Positions 23,799 through 35,380 of a stretch of DNA of 64,000 bases are shown piece after piece. The stretch is from positions 8,804,001 through 8,868,000 of the forward strand of contig JBHGNT010000021.1 of assembly GCA_043228905.1 (NCBI GenBank), written 5' to 3'. The notes under the pieces were generated by a model. It was not told the origin of the DNA. It saw only the letters and a program-made list of their open reading frames with translations, and searched no databases. The number at the start of each line of letters is the position of its first letter. Position 1 is the first letter of the stretch. The translations under genes and the position numbers were made by a program. This DNA is from Azolla caroliniana (Eukaryota > Plantae > Polypodiophyta).

Positions 23799-25721
23799 TC
23801 AGATTACCAACCGGCTCATCTTTTGGTCGGGTCGGTTCCCGACTCGCTCCTCGATGCCGCTTCGGACCTCTCCATCGGTCTTTTCGCACGTGCCCACTCC
23901 GGGCCTCTCATCCTCACGGCCACCGCCCATCTCTCCGGTTTTATGTCCGCGCTCGGGCGCAACCGCCGAAGTCTCCGGCTCCGGTGTCGAGGGATCTCGC
24001 CTCCGTCTGCTATGAACCTCCTCTTCGTCATTTCGGTTGCCCGCCTTGCCGCCGCCACCGTCCGTCTCTCTAGGTCTCACACCGGCTCTCGGGACGGTTG
24101 CCGGAGTTTCTAGGACCGGTGTGTGAAAGGTCGCGGCACCGCCGCTCGTCTCCTCTTCTTCCTCGATTTCGCAAGCCTCGAGTATGCTCGCGAAATCCTC
24201 ATAGAACGTTTCGGGCAACCGCGTCCCGAAACTTTCGCCCACTCTCGAAGTGGCGTCCATTGCTCCGTAGATATCAGCCTCATCCATGGCCGTCCTCTTT
24301 CCACAAGTCGAGAGGGTCACTCGCTCCGCACCCTCTCCCACATCGTCGCCGTGGTCGCCTGCCTTGCCGCCACCACCGTTCGTTACCCTAGGTCTCATGC
24401 GGGCACTCGGGCCGGCCGCCGGGGTCTCTTGAACTGGTGCGTGTAAGGTAGCAACGCCGCCGCTCGTCGATGCTATGCCCGTAGCCACCTCCATTCGGAC
24501 ATCGTCGTCCGTGGCTACCCTGCCTCCGTATATGCAAGCATCAATTATGCTTGCCGCCTCCTCTTCCACGGTCTCCTTACCGTTGTCTCGGTTACCCGCC
24601 TTGCCGCCGCCACCGCCCGTCGCTCTAGGTCTCATGCCAGCAATCGGGCCGACCGCCGGTGCCTCTAGGGCTGGTGTGTGTAAGGTCACGGCACCACCGC
24701 TTGTCTCCTCCGCACTCGATGTTTCGGGCCGCCATGTCCCGAATCTGTAGTTACCGGCCTCCATGGCCGTCCATTCGCCGCAACACGAGAGAGTCGCTCT
24801 TTCCGCACCCTCTCCCATGTCACCATTGTGGTCGCCCGCCTTGCCGCCACCACCGCCCGTCACTCTAGGTCTCACAACGGCTCTCGGGCCAGTTGCCGGA
24901 GTCTCTAGGCCCGGTGTGCGTAAGGTCCCGGCACCACCGCCCGTCTTCTCCCCGCTTGATGTTTCGGGCCTCCATGCCCGAATTCCCTCATGTCCGCTCG
25001 AATCGGCGATCGCCACCTCACCGTCCCCGACCTCGTCCTCGGTCGATCTTTCTCCGCATGTCGAGAGGGTGGCTCGCTCCGCACCCTCTCCCGTGGTACC
25101 GATGTACCATCCTCTTTCGGCCTCCTCATCCTTCGATCCGCTCGGGCCCGACTCCGCAATAAGCCCTTCTTCGGCTTCGATTTGTGCCTCTACGATCTCG
25201 TACGCTTCCCGCACCAAGGCTTCGATGTCGAGCTCCTCCGAACCGATTTGCGTTGAGCTCTCTTCCGGCGGTAGTGCGTTGTCGGTCGCCGCTCTCTCTT
25301 CTCCGCCGCTCGCGGGCTGCGTTGTGGCCGACCGCCTCTCATCGCATTGTATGCACGCCCATTCCACCTCGTTCCAATCTTCGGTGAGGCCGTACGCCCC
25401 TTCATCGTCTTCGAGGTAGGGAAAAATGGCCATTCTCCCCCTTTCGTTGACCGACTTCAAGAATAGTGGGACCTTGTCCGCCCCCACCGATTCTTGATCC
25501 CGGACCGAAAGTTGGGAAAACCGGAGATCGAACTCCCGAAATGCCTTCATCGCGCTTTGAGGAGCCTTTGCCGATGACACCCATAGATCGAACTCGTGTC
25601 GATCGTACTTGTACGCCTCTTCCCGTCTTTCTCTCCTTCTTGCGTAATCCCTTGCCATTCTCGTAATTACTTCCGCGATGTCTCCGTCTTCCATCTCCTT
25701 CCTCCCTTGCCGCCTCTTCAC
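23799..25721 (-). CDS. gag: Gag-derived 640-aa protein: partial capsid plus G/T/E-rich repeats (first ATG at codon 10)
   Basis: EFDLRFSQLS...LFLKSVN...GLTEDW aligns with EFEKRFAQLS...LFVKSVD...GLTTDE of element I; the frame is uninterrupted. Confidence 0.7.
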   Translation of the reverse strand: MKRRQGRKEMEDGDIAEVITRMARDYARRRERREEAYKYDRHEFDLWVSSAKAPQSAMKAFREFDLRFSQLSVRDQESVGADKVPLFLKSVNERGRMAIFPYLEDDEGAYGLTEDWNEVEWACIQCDERRSATTQPASGGEERAATDNALPPEESSTQIGSEELDIEALVREAYEIVEAQIEAEEGLIAESGPSGSKDEEAERGWYIGTTGEGAERATLSTCGERSTEDEVGDGEVAIADSSGHEGIRAWRPETSSGEKTGGGAGTLRTPGLETPATGPRAVVRPRVTGGGGGKAGDHNGDMGEGAERATLSCCGEWTAMEAGNYRFGTWRPETSSAEETSGGAVTLHTPALEAPAVGPIAGMRPRATGGGGGKAGNRDNGKETVEEEAASIIDACIYGGRVATDDDVRMEVATGIASTSGGVATLHAPVQETPAAGPSARMRPRVTNGGGGKAGDHGDDVGEGAERVTLSTCGKRTAMDEADIYGAMDATSRVGESFGTRLPETFYEDFASILEACEIEEEEETSGGAATFHTPVLETPATVPRAGVRPRETDGGGGKAGNRNDEEEVHSRRRRDPSTPEPETSAVAPERGHKTGEMGGGREDERPGVGTCEKTDGEVRSGIEERVGNRPDQKMSRLVI

Positions 25722-25734
25722 GTCGGGTTCACCA
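25717..25734 (-). promoter_or_regulatory. Primer-binding site, tRNA-Trp
   Basis: TGGTGAACCCGACGTGAA, complementary to the plant cytosolic tRNA-Trp 3' end as I recall it; 4 nt from the LTR. Confidence 0.85.
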
Positions 25735-26492
25735 AAGATGTCGCGTTGCTACGCGCGTGCGTGGGGAAGGGCGGGACCACGGGGGTCTTGGACTAAGGAG
25801 TAGAGGAGAAGGAATCAGACATGGAATGGAAGCTTTGCTCAAGAAGAAGAAGAAGAATGAACAAGAGATTAGATCGAACAAGAGGAAGATGGAGACAAGA
25901 TGATCAACAAGATGTATTAAAACGAAATGAACGATTACAAAATGGTGGCCGCATAGGCCGCACCAAACGACTACAAAATGGTGGCTGCATAGGCCGCACC
26001 AAACGACTACTCGAAACCCTAATCGATGAAGATGAAGATAAAGATAAAGAAACCCTAACCCTAATGCTCGACCTATTTGGTATACCTCACACACTCAAAA
26101 TAGGCAACCCTCACAATGGTGCCTTCCCTCTCCTTTTATAGCACAAGGGGGGAAGACCGTTTACAAAAACGAGACTAAAATATCCCCTTTCATTCAAAGG
26201 GGATATTTGCCTTGATTTGGGGAGGGTGAGATTGATGGCCCCTTAACTCCCACCTCCTCACAAACAACTAGGTACCTATGTACCGCATAGTACCTCTCTC
26301 TCTCTCTCGCGTGGATGTGCGCACAAGACCACATCGCCTTTATACCTTAGGGATCTTTATGGGGCATTTCTAGCACCATACCCTTTTCCCCTATTATTAT
26401 TACATATACATTATGTAGGTGTGCAATGTTGCACATCACTCTTTGGCTCTTGTTGCTCGGGTTTCCGCTCGTGGACGAAAATCTTCACGACA

Positions 26493-27283
26493 ACGTGACA
26501 AAGGTGCTTTAACGATTCAACATGTCAGATGCGAAACCGGTCCGATCGACACTCCCGACAAGCTACAGGTTATCCAGTAAGCAAAGCCCGAAGGCGGATA
26601 TGATGAAGATACCATATGCCTCTATCGTCGGGAGCTTAATGTACGCAATGGTGTGTACCCGACCGGATATCGGATACGTAGTCAGAGTGGTGAGTTAGTT
26701 TATGAGCAATCCCGACAAGGAGCACTAGAATGCAGTAAAATGGATACTCCGGTACTTGAAAGGCACCTCAAGTATGTCTCTCCGATTCAGCTCCAATAAA
26801 CCCCAACTTGACGGTTTCACCGATTCGGATATGACGGCTGATGTGGATACCGTCCGGTCAACATCGGGATATGTTATGACATATGCAGGGGGACTTGTTT
26901 CGTGGCAGTCAAGGCTGCAGAAGACGATTGCGTTGTCAACCACGGAAGCAGAGTACATGGCGGCTGTGGAAGCCGACAAGGAAATATTATGGATGAAGGA
27001 CTTCATCAGAGAGCTAGGGATCTGGCAAGTGGAATATCGGCTCTACTGTGACAGTCAAAGTGCCATCCACCTTGCAAAGAACGCGGCATACCATTCCAGA
27101 ACGAAGCACATCCAACACAGGTATCACTGGATCCAGGAGCGAGTAGAAGATCGGGAGTTTGTGCTGACGAAAATCCACACGGAGGAGAATGGGTCAGATA
27201 TGCTGACCAAAGTGCTGACACCTGACAAGCTAGATGCATGCAGGAAGAGGATCAGATTGACGAGGCATCCCATGCTGGAGTGA
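26493..27283 (+). pseudogene. pol: Copia A' RT end and RNase H
   Basis: GFTDSD, STTEAEY, HSRTKHI. Confidence 0.92.
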
Positions 27284-27864
27284 AGGGGGAGTTTGTTAGG
27301 ATTTCGGTCCCTCCGGATGGGATATGAGTACCTGGCAAGGAAGACCCGGTGAGAATCGAAGGACGAAGGTCCGATGGGAACCTCTCACCGAATGAAGGAA
27401 CATATATGTAAATATGTTTCAGTTAGCTTGTTGTAGCCATATCTGTAAATAGCCCGAAAGTCATATTAGTATAAATACGACCTAGGGCAAACAATGTACT
27501 GGTGTGTTGTCATTATTTTATATAGAGTTATTGGTGTAACTGTTGTACAGAGCGTAGCAAAGGGAAAGAGAGAGAGAGAGAGAGAGACAAAGTGAGTTTC
27601 TATTGTAACCGCCACTAGGCGAAGATTGTGAGCACGAGGTCGCTGCCTCCGTGTTTACATGTTGTATTCCTCTCGACATAGTGATAGTTGGAGTTTGTGA
27701 ACTCCCGTGGTTTTTTTTCCCATTTAGGGTTTTCCACATTAACATCCTGTGCATTCTCTTCTGTTTGTGTACTTACTTCCATTTCTCACTTTTTCTGTGT
27801 TTGATTATCATTAAGTGATTGAAGACTTGGTTGTGGCCGAGCACTATTCCACATATTCTTTACA

Positions 27865-28310
27865 CTTGCTAGGGCGGAAGTTTTCATTTCACGTGGACCA
27901 CTCAACACTGATTTACTTAGTGTCTAAGGCATCACTAACTATGAAAATAGCAAGATGGACACTACAGTTGCAGGAATTTGAGTTCGACATCAACCACCGA
28001 CCCGGGGCATAGCACGCAACAGCCGATTACTTGAGCCGGTTGGAATACGGCGAAGCAAGGGACGGAGTATGAGACGAGTTCCCTGATGCCGAGTTATTCA
28101 GGGTAACAGCAGAATCGGCTACCGACTCAACAGTTGCCAAGGAGGACAAGTGGCTTACAGACATGCATCAGTTCCTGAGCACCGGATTACATCCCGACAA
28201 AATGGATCAAGATGAACAGAAGAGATTAGCCATCCAAGGTCGCCACATTTGCCTCATCTAGGATACCCTATATCACAAAGGGGCAGACGGAATCTGGCGA
28301 CGGGCGAGGG
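27865..28310 (+). pseudogene. pol: Gypsy non-chromovirus RNase H to integrase-start fragment
   Basis: LLGRKFSFHVDHSTL...ARWTLQLQEFEF...ADYLSRL. Confidence 0.8.
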
Positions 28311-28329
28311 AATCTCCCTTAGAGAACTT

Positions 28330-29760
28330 CGATTGTGGTGAGCGCAGAAAAGCACACGAACCCCCAGACACACAGAGCACAACCCCCTCTCAGAGAAGCA
28401 CACCGATAGCGACGAAGAAGACTCGGGTCCAATGGCGCTCTTCAATGCAACGCACGAATGGTTCACTAAGAATAGACTCGAGGGATTCCTTCAAAACGCA
28501 AACGCACCACCGCATGAAGAACCGGAACAGGTCGCACCAACTATCGACCTTGCAAAAATAATGAAGGGCACAATCCAGGCTCTCATAGGATTACAAGCGG
28601 GGGGACTTCCATCGGTGGAGAGCCCATCCACCGAGACATTACTCGAGTATTTCAACGAGTATTCCCTCAGCAACAAGGCATACCAAACGCAAGGGGGAGA
28701 AGACCCTCTATTCTTGGAGGTGGCCCGAGTGTTGCTGGAATATGGGTTTGTGCACTCACAACTGTTGGCCATACCGAAATACAGAACCGGATTCATTATA
28801 GCAGCGTACGAGGGACTGAAGGTGGATTGGGTGAAGATCATCACCGAATGCTTGAAATCCGCCATAGAATTTGTGGTGGAAGGGAAGAAATCTTGGACAG
28901 GGGTAGCATAATGGCTAACCTTATTAGTACCCCCCTGTCATCACCATCAAACCTAAAAAGAGGGGCCGACCAGATACAACGCCAAAGAAAGCAACCAAGA
29001 GGCGACAACTCCTGGAAAAGCACACCCCAAGATGGACTGCAGAGGACGCATCACAACAGGAGGAAGGCCAAACCACTCGGAGACCAAAACAAACGGAGAA
29101 AGACACGGAGAAACCGACCAAGCCAACTAGCCAGACACAAGAAGCGGATGATACAGCTCTAGTGGGAATGAAGCCAATCAAAATCACACTACGTCGGCAA
29201 GACCAAGAACTAGAGGACTTTATATACAAAATCCGTCTAGAGACTACAAAAGAGGAGGCTGAGGAGGAACAGGCCGAAACCTTGGAACGACACGCAAAGA
29301 AGCGGGGTCGAGAGCAGCAGGCCGAAGAACCGGCTCTGATTGTGGTGATGGAAACCCAAGACAGAGAGGAACCGGGGAGCGAACAAAGCGAGGCACCAAC
29401 TGGCCAACTGGAACAAGGCAGGGAACAAGTCCTTTCACCAGGTCTGAGTCCCAAGCAACCAGAACAACAGTCGGAGCCGCCACTGAACGAGGGCGCACAA
29501 AGCACCCCAACGGATGGGGGAAAGCATGGGCTGGAACAGGGCACATGCCAGCAATGGCTAAGATGGCTGGGAGAGCAAGTCGCCGGCGTGGCGGACCAAC
29601 TAGACGAGGAACAAAGGTAGAGTGGACACCTCATGCACACAACGACCGAAGAGCTGGAGAAGGTCAGAGCCCAGATGCGGGGCATGGAAGAAGAGTTAAC
29701 AAAGGCCAAGGAATACGTGGCCAACATGGCCAACATGGGCCAACAAACGAGTGTCGACAC
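28330..29760 (+). pseudogene. Decayed accessory ORF of a retroelement (globular region, then E/Q-rich, coiled-coil-like tail)
   Basis: Consecutive ORF pieces at 28432, 29162 and 29621 onward, downstream of a Gypsy pol fragment; no recognisable motif. Confidence 0.45.
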
Positions 29761-29761
29761 A

Positions 29762-30458
29762 TAGGCTGCAGAAGTCCATTGCACTATCAACAACGGAAGC
29801 AGAGTATATGGTAGTTGTGGAAGCCGGCAAGGAAGTAATCTGGGTGAAGGACTTCATCGGAGAGCTAGGGATCCGAGAGGAGGAATACTGGCTCTACTGC
29901 GACAGTCAAAGTGTCATCCACCTTGTGAAGAATGCGGCCTACCATTCCTGGACCAAGCACATCCAAAGGAGATATCATTGGCTCTAGGAGAAGATTGACG
30001 ATCAAGACTTCGTGCTGATGAAGATCCACACGAAGGAGAACGGATCGGATATGTTGACCAAGGTGCTTTCAACCGACAAGTTGGACGCGTACCGAAGACG
30101 GATCAGATTAACGAGAAATCCCATGCTGGAGTGAAGGGGGAGCTTGTTGGGAATTCGGTCCCTCCGGATGGGATCCGGATGAGAATTGGAGGAGTTAGAT
30201 CAGACAAGTCGGATGAAGGAACTGGATCTGAAAGGGTTCCAGATGAGACCCAGAAACCGCATCGAGTGAGCCTCAATAGGCTCACCATGAAACATATTGC
30301 CCTAAACCGGATCCAAGGACATATGTGTAAATATGTTTCATGGTGAGCCTATTGAGGCTATATTTGTAAATAGTCGAAAAGTCATATAAGTATAAATATG
30401 ACTTAGGGCAATCACTTTATGTGTGAGGTGTTTATTGTTAGATGTTGTATATTGTTGT

Positions 30459-30501
<43 letters not shown>

Positions 30502-30745
30502 CAGAACTAGTTTTCTGTTTGTAACCGCCATTGGCAAAGACATAGAGCTCGAGGTCATTGCCTCTGAGTCTCGCTTTGTATTCCTCCTCTCATAGTGATA
30601 GTTGGAGTCCGTGGACTCCCGTGGTTTTTCCCGTTTAGGGTTTTCCACGTAAACATCCAGTGTCATCTTGGTTTTAGTTTGTTCTCTTGTATTCCGTGTT
30701 GAAGACTCGGTTGTGGCCGAGCGTTATTTCCGCACACATATTTCA
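29762..30745 (+). mobile_element. Copia A-related 3' fragment: RNase H end, PPT, LTR 30145 to about 30745
   Basis: STTEAEY...HSWTKHI; gaagggggag; tgttgggaattcggtccctccggatgg. Confidence 0.85.
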
Positions 30746-33420
30746 TCGATGCTCTTCCCTCTCTGAGAGGGTATCTCCTTCCATTCGTCGTTGGCTCTAG
30801 CTCGGATGTCTTTGCCAACTCTTCTCTCGGCTCAGGTTCATTCATGTCGGATGTCCACTGCCTCCGATTCGTATTTTTTGATCGACTTCAATAGGTCTGT
30901 CGACTCCAACTCATAGGTCAGTTGCTCTGAGTCGATAGACTCCGATTTTGCTGTCTCTGATCTAGCTGTCTCCGATTAGCCGACTTTGTCGGTTCAACTA
31001 GTCTTGAGGTGGCAGTCGAGGGCGACTAGGCAGTCGATCCTGACTTTTGATTCTTCCAGTCCTCAATTATTTTGTCTTCCAAGAAGACAACATCCCGAAT
31101 CCTTACCACCTTCTTATCGACTAAGTCTCATAGCCTGTAGCCGAACTCATCTTCCGAGTATCCCATGAATATGCATGGTTTTGACTTAATGTCGAGATTC
31201 GACCTCTGATCCTTAGCCACATTCATATACACTAAACATCCGAACACCCTCAGGTGTCGGTACGAGACATCCTTTCCTGACCACACCCTCTGTGGGACAT
31301 CACCTTTCCATGGTACTGAGGGGGACCTGTTGATAAGGTAAACAACTGTATACATCACCTTAGCCCAATAGGATTTAAGTAGTTTAGCATGAGAGAGCAT
31401 GCTCCTTACTCTCTCCATGATTGTTCGATTCATCCTCTCTACAAGCCCATTCAACTCAGGGGTCTTTGGTACAGTATGTTCGATTCGAATACCCTGGGCT
31501 TTGTAGTATTCCTCAAACTGCCCTTTATATTCGCCACCATTGTCAGTTCGAAAAACCTTCAACTTCTGACCCGACTCACGTTCGATTCTAGCATGGAACT
31601 CCTTAAACATTGGCAGTACCTGATCCTTTGACTTTAGAACGAAGCCCCATGTCTTCCGACTATGGTCGTCAATAAATGTCACAAAGTACCGTCCACCTCG
31701 ATGTGATGGAGCATCTAAATAGCTCACATCCATGTGTACTAGTTCCAGTGCAACTTCTCTTCTTCTTGGTGGTCTTGTGTGGAATGCTGCTCCGTTCTGC
31801 TTTCCATCTAAGCAGTCGACACACTTCTCCAGGTCCATCCCCTTTACTTCTGATGGAAGTTTCTGGTTGGCTAACAGATGCATCCCCTTCTCACTCATAT
31901 GGCCTAATCTCTTGTGTTATCTCTCTCCTCTCGAGTTTTCTGCCACATTCACTTCCGACTTCCCAAGTCGAGCATTCATCATATACAATGTGCCTTCTTT
32001 TTTGTGCTTGGGCCACTATGAGGTTTCCTTGAAAGAACTTCCACTTGCCATTCCGAAAGCTACCACTGTAGCCATCATCATCCAACCTTCCAGTAGAAAT
32101 CAGATTCATTCTAATATCGAGGACGCGTCGAACATCCTTCAAGATCAATCGACACCCTATCGGCATCATCAAGCAAACACTTCTGACTCCAGCCATCTTG
32201 CACTCTCCATTGTCACCCATCTTTACATGACCATGATCAAGTCAAGAAATCCTTTCTCGACAGAGTTATATGGAAAGATGCACCGGAGTGGATCACCCAA
32301 GTGCATTCTTCACTCGCTACGTTTGCACTTGTCTGCTCACAGATGAACAGAAGTTTGTCATTGCTCATAGCCATGGCCTGGGTTCAACATTATTTCTGAC
32401 ACCTTTCTCATGTGCTGACAGTCCTTCTAGAAGTGTCCAGGTTTTCCTCAATAAAAGCATGTTAGCTTACATCTGGCCTTCGATTTGGTGTGGGATTTGT
32501 CCTTCCTCTGTGGACTTCTTTGTCGGTTTCTCCCTCTGTCCGAATGTTGTGACACATTCGCATTTGGATGAGACAGGACACCATTGTCCTTCCTTCTAGC
32601 TTCCTCATTTAGGATGCTTGTCTTCACCACTTGTAAAGACAAGTTCTCTTCTTGACAGGAGGTGTCGAGAGTAACCACCAAGTTCTCCCAGCTATCTGGC
32701 ACATCAATAGGATGGCTTGCATCACATCATCAAGGGGAAACTTGGTTGCAGCAAGTTGATTTACATACCCCATGAATGTGTTGATGTGTTCGACGATGCC
32801 CTCACCGTCTCTGTATTTCAGTCATATGATCTTTCTCATTAGTGAGGTTTTATTGAGGGCGTTCTTCCTCTCATATAGACCTGATAGCTTTTGCCACATA
32901 TTGTGGGCATTTGTGTCGTTTGCCACATGTTGAAGGACACTTACATCGACGCACTATCGGATGGTGGCCACCGCCTTCATGTTAAGAAGTTTCCATTCTG
33001 ACTCTAATGCCCCCGTGGGTATTTATGCTCTATTGATCGGCTCGTACAAGTCTTTGACTATGAGAAGGTCCTCCATCTTTATCTTCTAGTCTGCATCGTT
33101 CTGTGAGTTTTGAACTATCATACCTGGGAAGCTGCTCACACCTCCTTCCATGCTTGCACCTCAAGCTCTGATACCAGTTTGTTGAGTGTCGAACCTCAAA
33201 TATGTGAGAAAGACTCACTAGGAAATACAAAACACATGTGAAAACAACAAATGCACGGTACACAGTGATTTACGTGGAAACCCTTAAACGGGTACAAAAC
33301 CATGGGAACAGAGATTCCACTATACAGAGAGAAGTACAAGGTGAGATGACACAATACAACACTCTCCACTCAGAGTGTATCAGCCACACAAGGCTCTACA
33401 TGTCAAACCTCACTTGGCTA
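30746..33420 (-). mobile_element. Copia element D, 5' half (partial LTR 33180 to about 33420, PBS 33165-76, degenerate gag-PR-INT)
   Basis: Gag starts at 33151 (MEGG...KIKMEDLLIVKDLYEP); INT motifs TDNGGEY and SKPCIFMGY. Confidence 0.88.
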
Positions 33421-33426
33421 TGGCAT

Positions 33427-33735
33427 GTGAACGCGGGTGTGCACAAGTGCACCCCGTTTTGTACTAACATATGTAAATACTAAGTAATGGTAGGATTTTG
33501 GTGATTATTAGGAAGTTAGGCTTTAATAGGTGCTTTAATGTCATGCATGTGGAGGAGAATAATGGGGGGGAAATCAAGAAGGGAATCCGGGGGGGGATAA
33601 CGAACGGTCATTAGACCTGATGTAACTGCCGTCCCTTATGTTATAAAAGGGGCGACTCCAGACTATTTTAGGAATCCAGGTATTAGGAGGAGGAACGCTG
33701 CTGATTAGAATACCGAAGCTCTCTCTCTCTCTCTC
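33427..33735 (+). repeat. Fragment of the Gypsy E LTR (inverted copy of about 43850-44158)
   Basis: Reverse-complement match, including gcatgtgaacgcgggtgtgcacaagtgcaccccgttttgtac. Confidence 0.85.
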
Positions 33736-33979
33736 TATTCCTCACTCACACGCGCTTCATTATTCTACACACTATACACCATGCATCTTCTCCGCTTGCC
33801 CTAGATGTATTTATACTCATACATCATATGGGCTATGTACAAGTGTAGCCCCTACTTCACATCACTACTATTATTATCAATAATAATAAGTAGCCATCAA
33901 CCGACTCTAGTGTCGACTGTCTAGTCGGTAAGACTAGTCGGCCTAGTCATCGACCATCCGATCGGCCCGACTAGTACGT

Positions 33980-35376
33980 TGTCGTGTGGTTTTTCACACA
34001 CGATATGAAAAATAGTAAAATAATTATTTACGATTAGCTTAATATAGTGATATAGAAAGATAGATGTGTTCAAGAGCTTCATAATGTATTTTACTACGCC
34101 TGAATTGGATAAATAAGTATCAAGTTATGTGAGTGAGAAGTTTGAAGAGAAAAAGGGAAAAAATACAAAACTGTGAGATATCCCACATAGATAGGTCAAC
34201 ATTGGAATGTAGGATATATAAGGGAAACCAAAACATATTCATTCTATCAATGTGTGGAGCACAGAATGTTCAAGGTGACTTGGGCTACATTGTGTGGTGT
34301 GCATGCTTTGGGCGTACGCGCGTATGCACGACCGTGTTGACGCTTTGTGCGTATGCGCGTATGCATGACCGCGTGGATGTTTTTAGAAGTAAGTGTGTGT
34401 GCAAGTTTTGGGCATACGCGTGCACGACCACGTGGACGTTTCAGACGGACGAGCGCGCGGATGCGTACATGGCGCGGTCAGGACGTGCGTGTGTGCGGAT
34501 GCGTACATGGTGTGGGTTGGACGCGCATGCGCGTGGATGTGTACATCCGTGTGTGCAAGTTTCGGGCGTACGCGTGGACGTTTTAGACGGACGAGCGCGC
34601 GGATGCGTACATGGCGCGGCCGGGACGTGCATGTGTGCGGATGCGTACACGGTGCGGGTTGGACGCGCACGCGCATGGATGTGTACATTGCGCGGTCGAG
34701 ACTTTTGCACGCGGACGCGTCTACGGTTTGGTTGTGACGCATGTACGGATTGCGCACGGGCTAAACTTTATGGATGATTGTGTCATTTGGCCGAATTATA
34801 TGGACAGTCGCATGTAACCAAAAGCCAAGTCCATGCAACTAAAAGTAAAAGGCATGCATCTAAAAATGGAAGCATGCAACTAAATGTAGAAGTCATGCAA
34901 CTAAAAATAGAGGCCATGCAACGAAAAGTGGGCATGCAAAGTAACATTGGGGAGGAGGATCAACAAAGAGCTCGATATATGTCCCATTTTTTCCCTCTAG
35001 TTTTTTTTTTCTCTTCCTTCTCTCTCAGATTCGAGAAATAAATTATCTCACATATTGATATCAAACTCCTAGCTTTGTTTACTCGATCTTTCTTGTCAAA
35101 AATTATCGCTCGTATTCATATCGGACCACTCCTTGCATGGTTGTTGGCTCCTTTCTTTGAAAAATTAATCTCTCATTTCCATACCCAACCCATTGTAACA
35201 CGATTCTGAAATTATAAAGAATCGATTTTCTTTTGCAATAAACTAATGATTTGTCTCTCCCAGTTGTCTTATGCTTAAAACTTGCTTGTGTTGTACGTGT
35301 TGCACTAAATCCTTCTAGTCCAGAACCCCGGCGGTTCCGTCTCACGATTTGCACATAGTGATGGATTTTCATGACA
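33980..35376 (+). repeat. Solo LTR of the K-related family, TSD acgt
   Basis: tgtcgtg...catgaca flanked by acgt on both sides; similar to 2663-3972 at both ends. Confidence 0.85.
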
Positions 35377-35380
35377 ACGT

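Larger units (their letters stand above)
21343..26492 (-). mobile_element. Non-autonomous Gypsy element J (Trp-primed); LTRs 21343-22095 and 25739-26492; TSD acat/acgt
   Basis: LTR pair of about 753 bp; PBS 25717-34; PPT-side motif 22096-22133; the host RT (EKY/VTKVL) is continuous across it; no RT or INT motifs seen. Confidence 0.93.
18045..27864 (+). mobile_element. Older Copia element A' (5' LTR remnant 18045-18102; 3' LTR 27294-27864), interrupted by element J
   Basis: PBS tggtatcaaagc 18106-17; the remnant matches the end of the 3' LTR; PPT before 27294. Confidence 0.9.

Noticed and set aside
25717-25734. tRNA gene
   Set aside because: Only the 18-nt 3' end including CCA is present, next to an LTR, which is a PBS.
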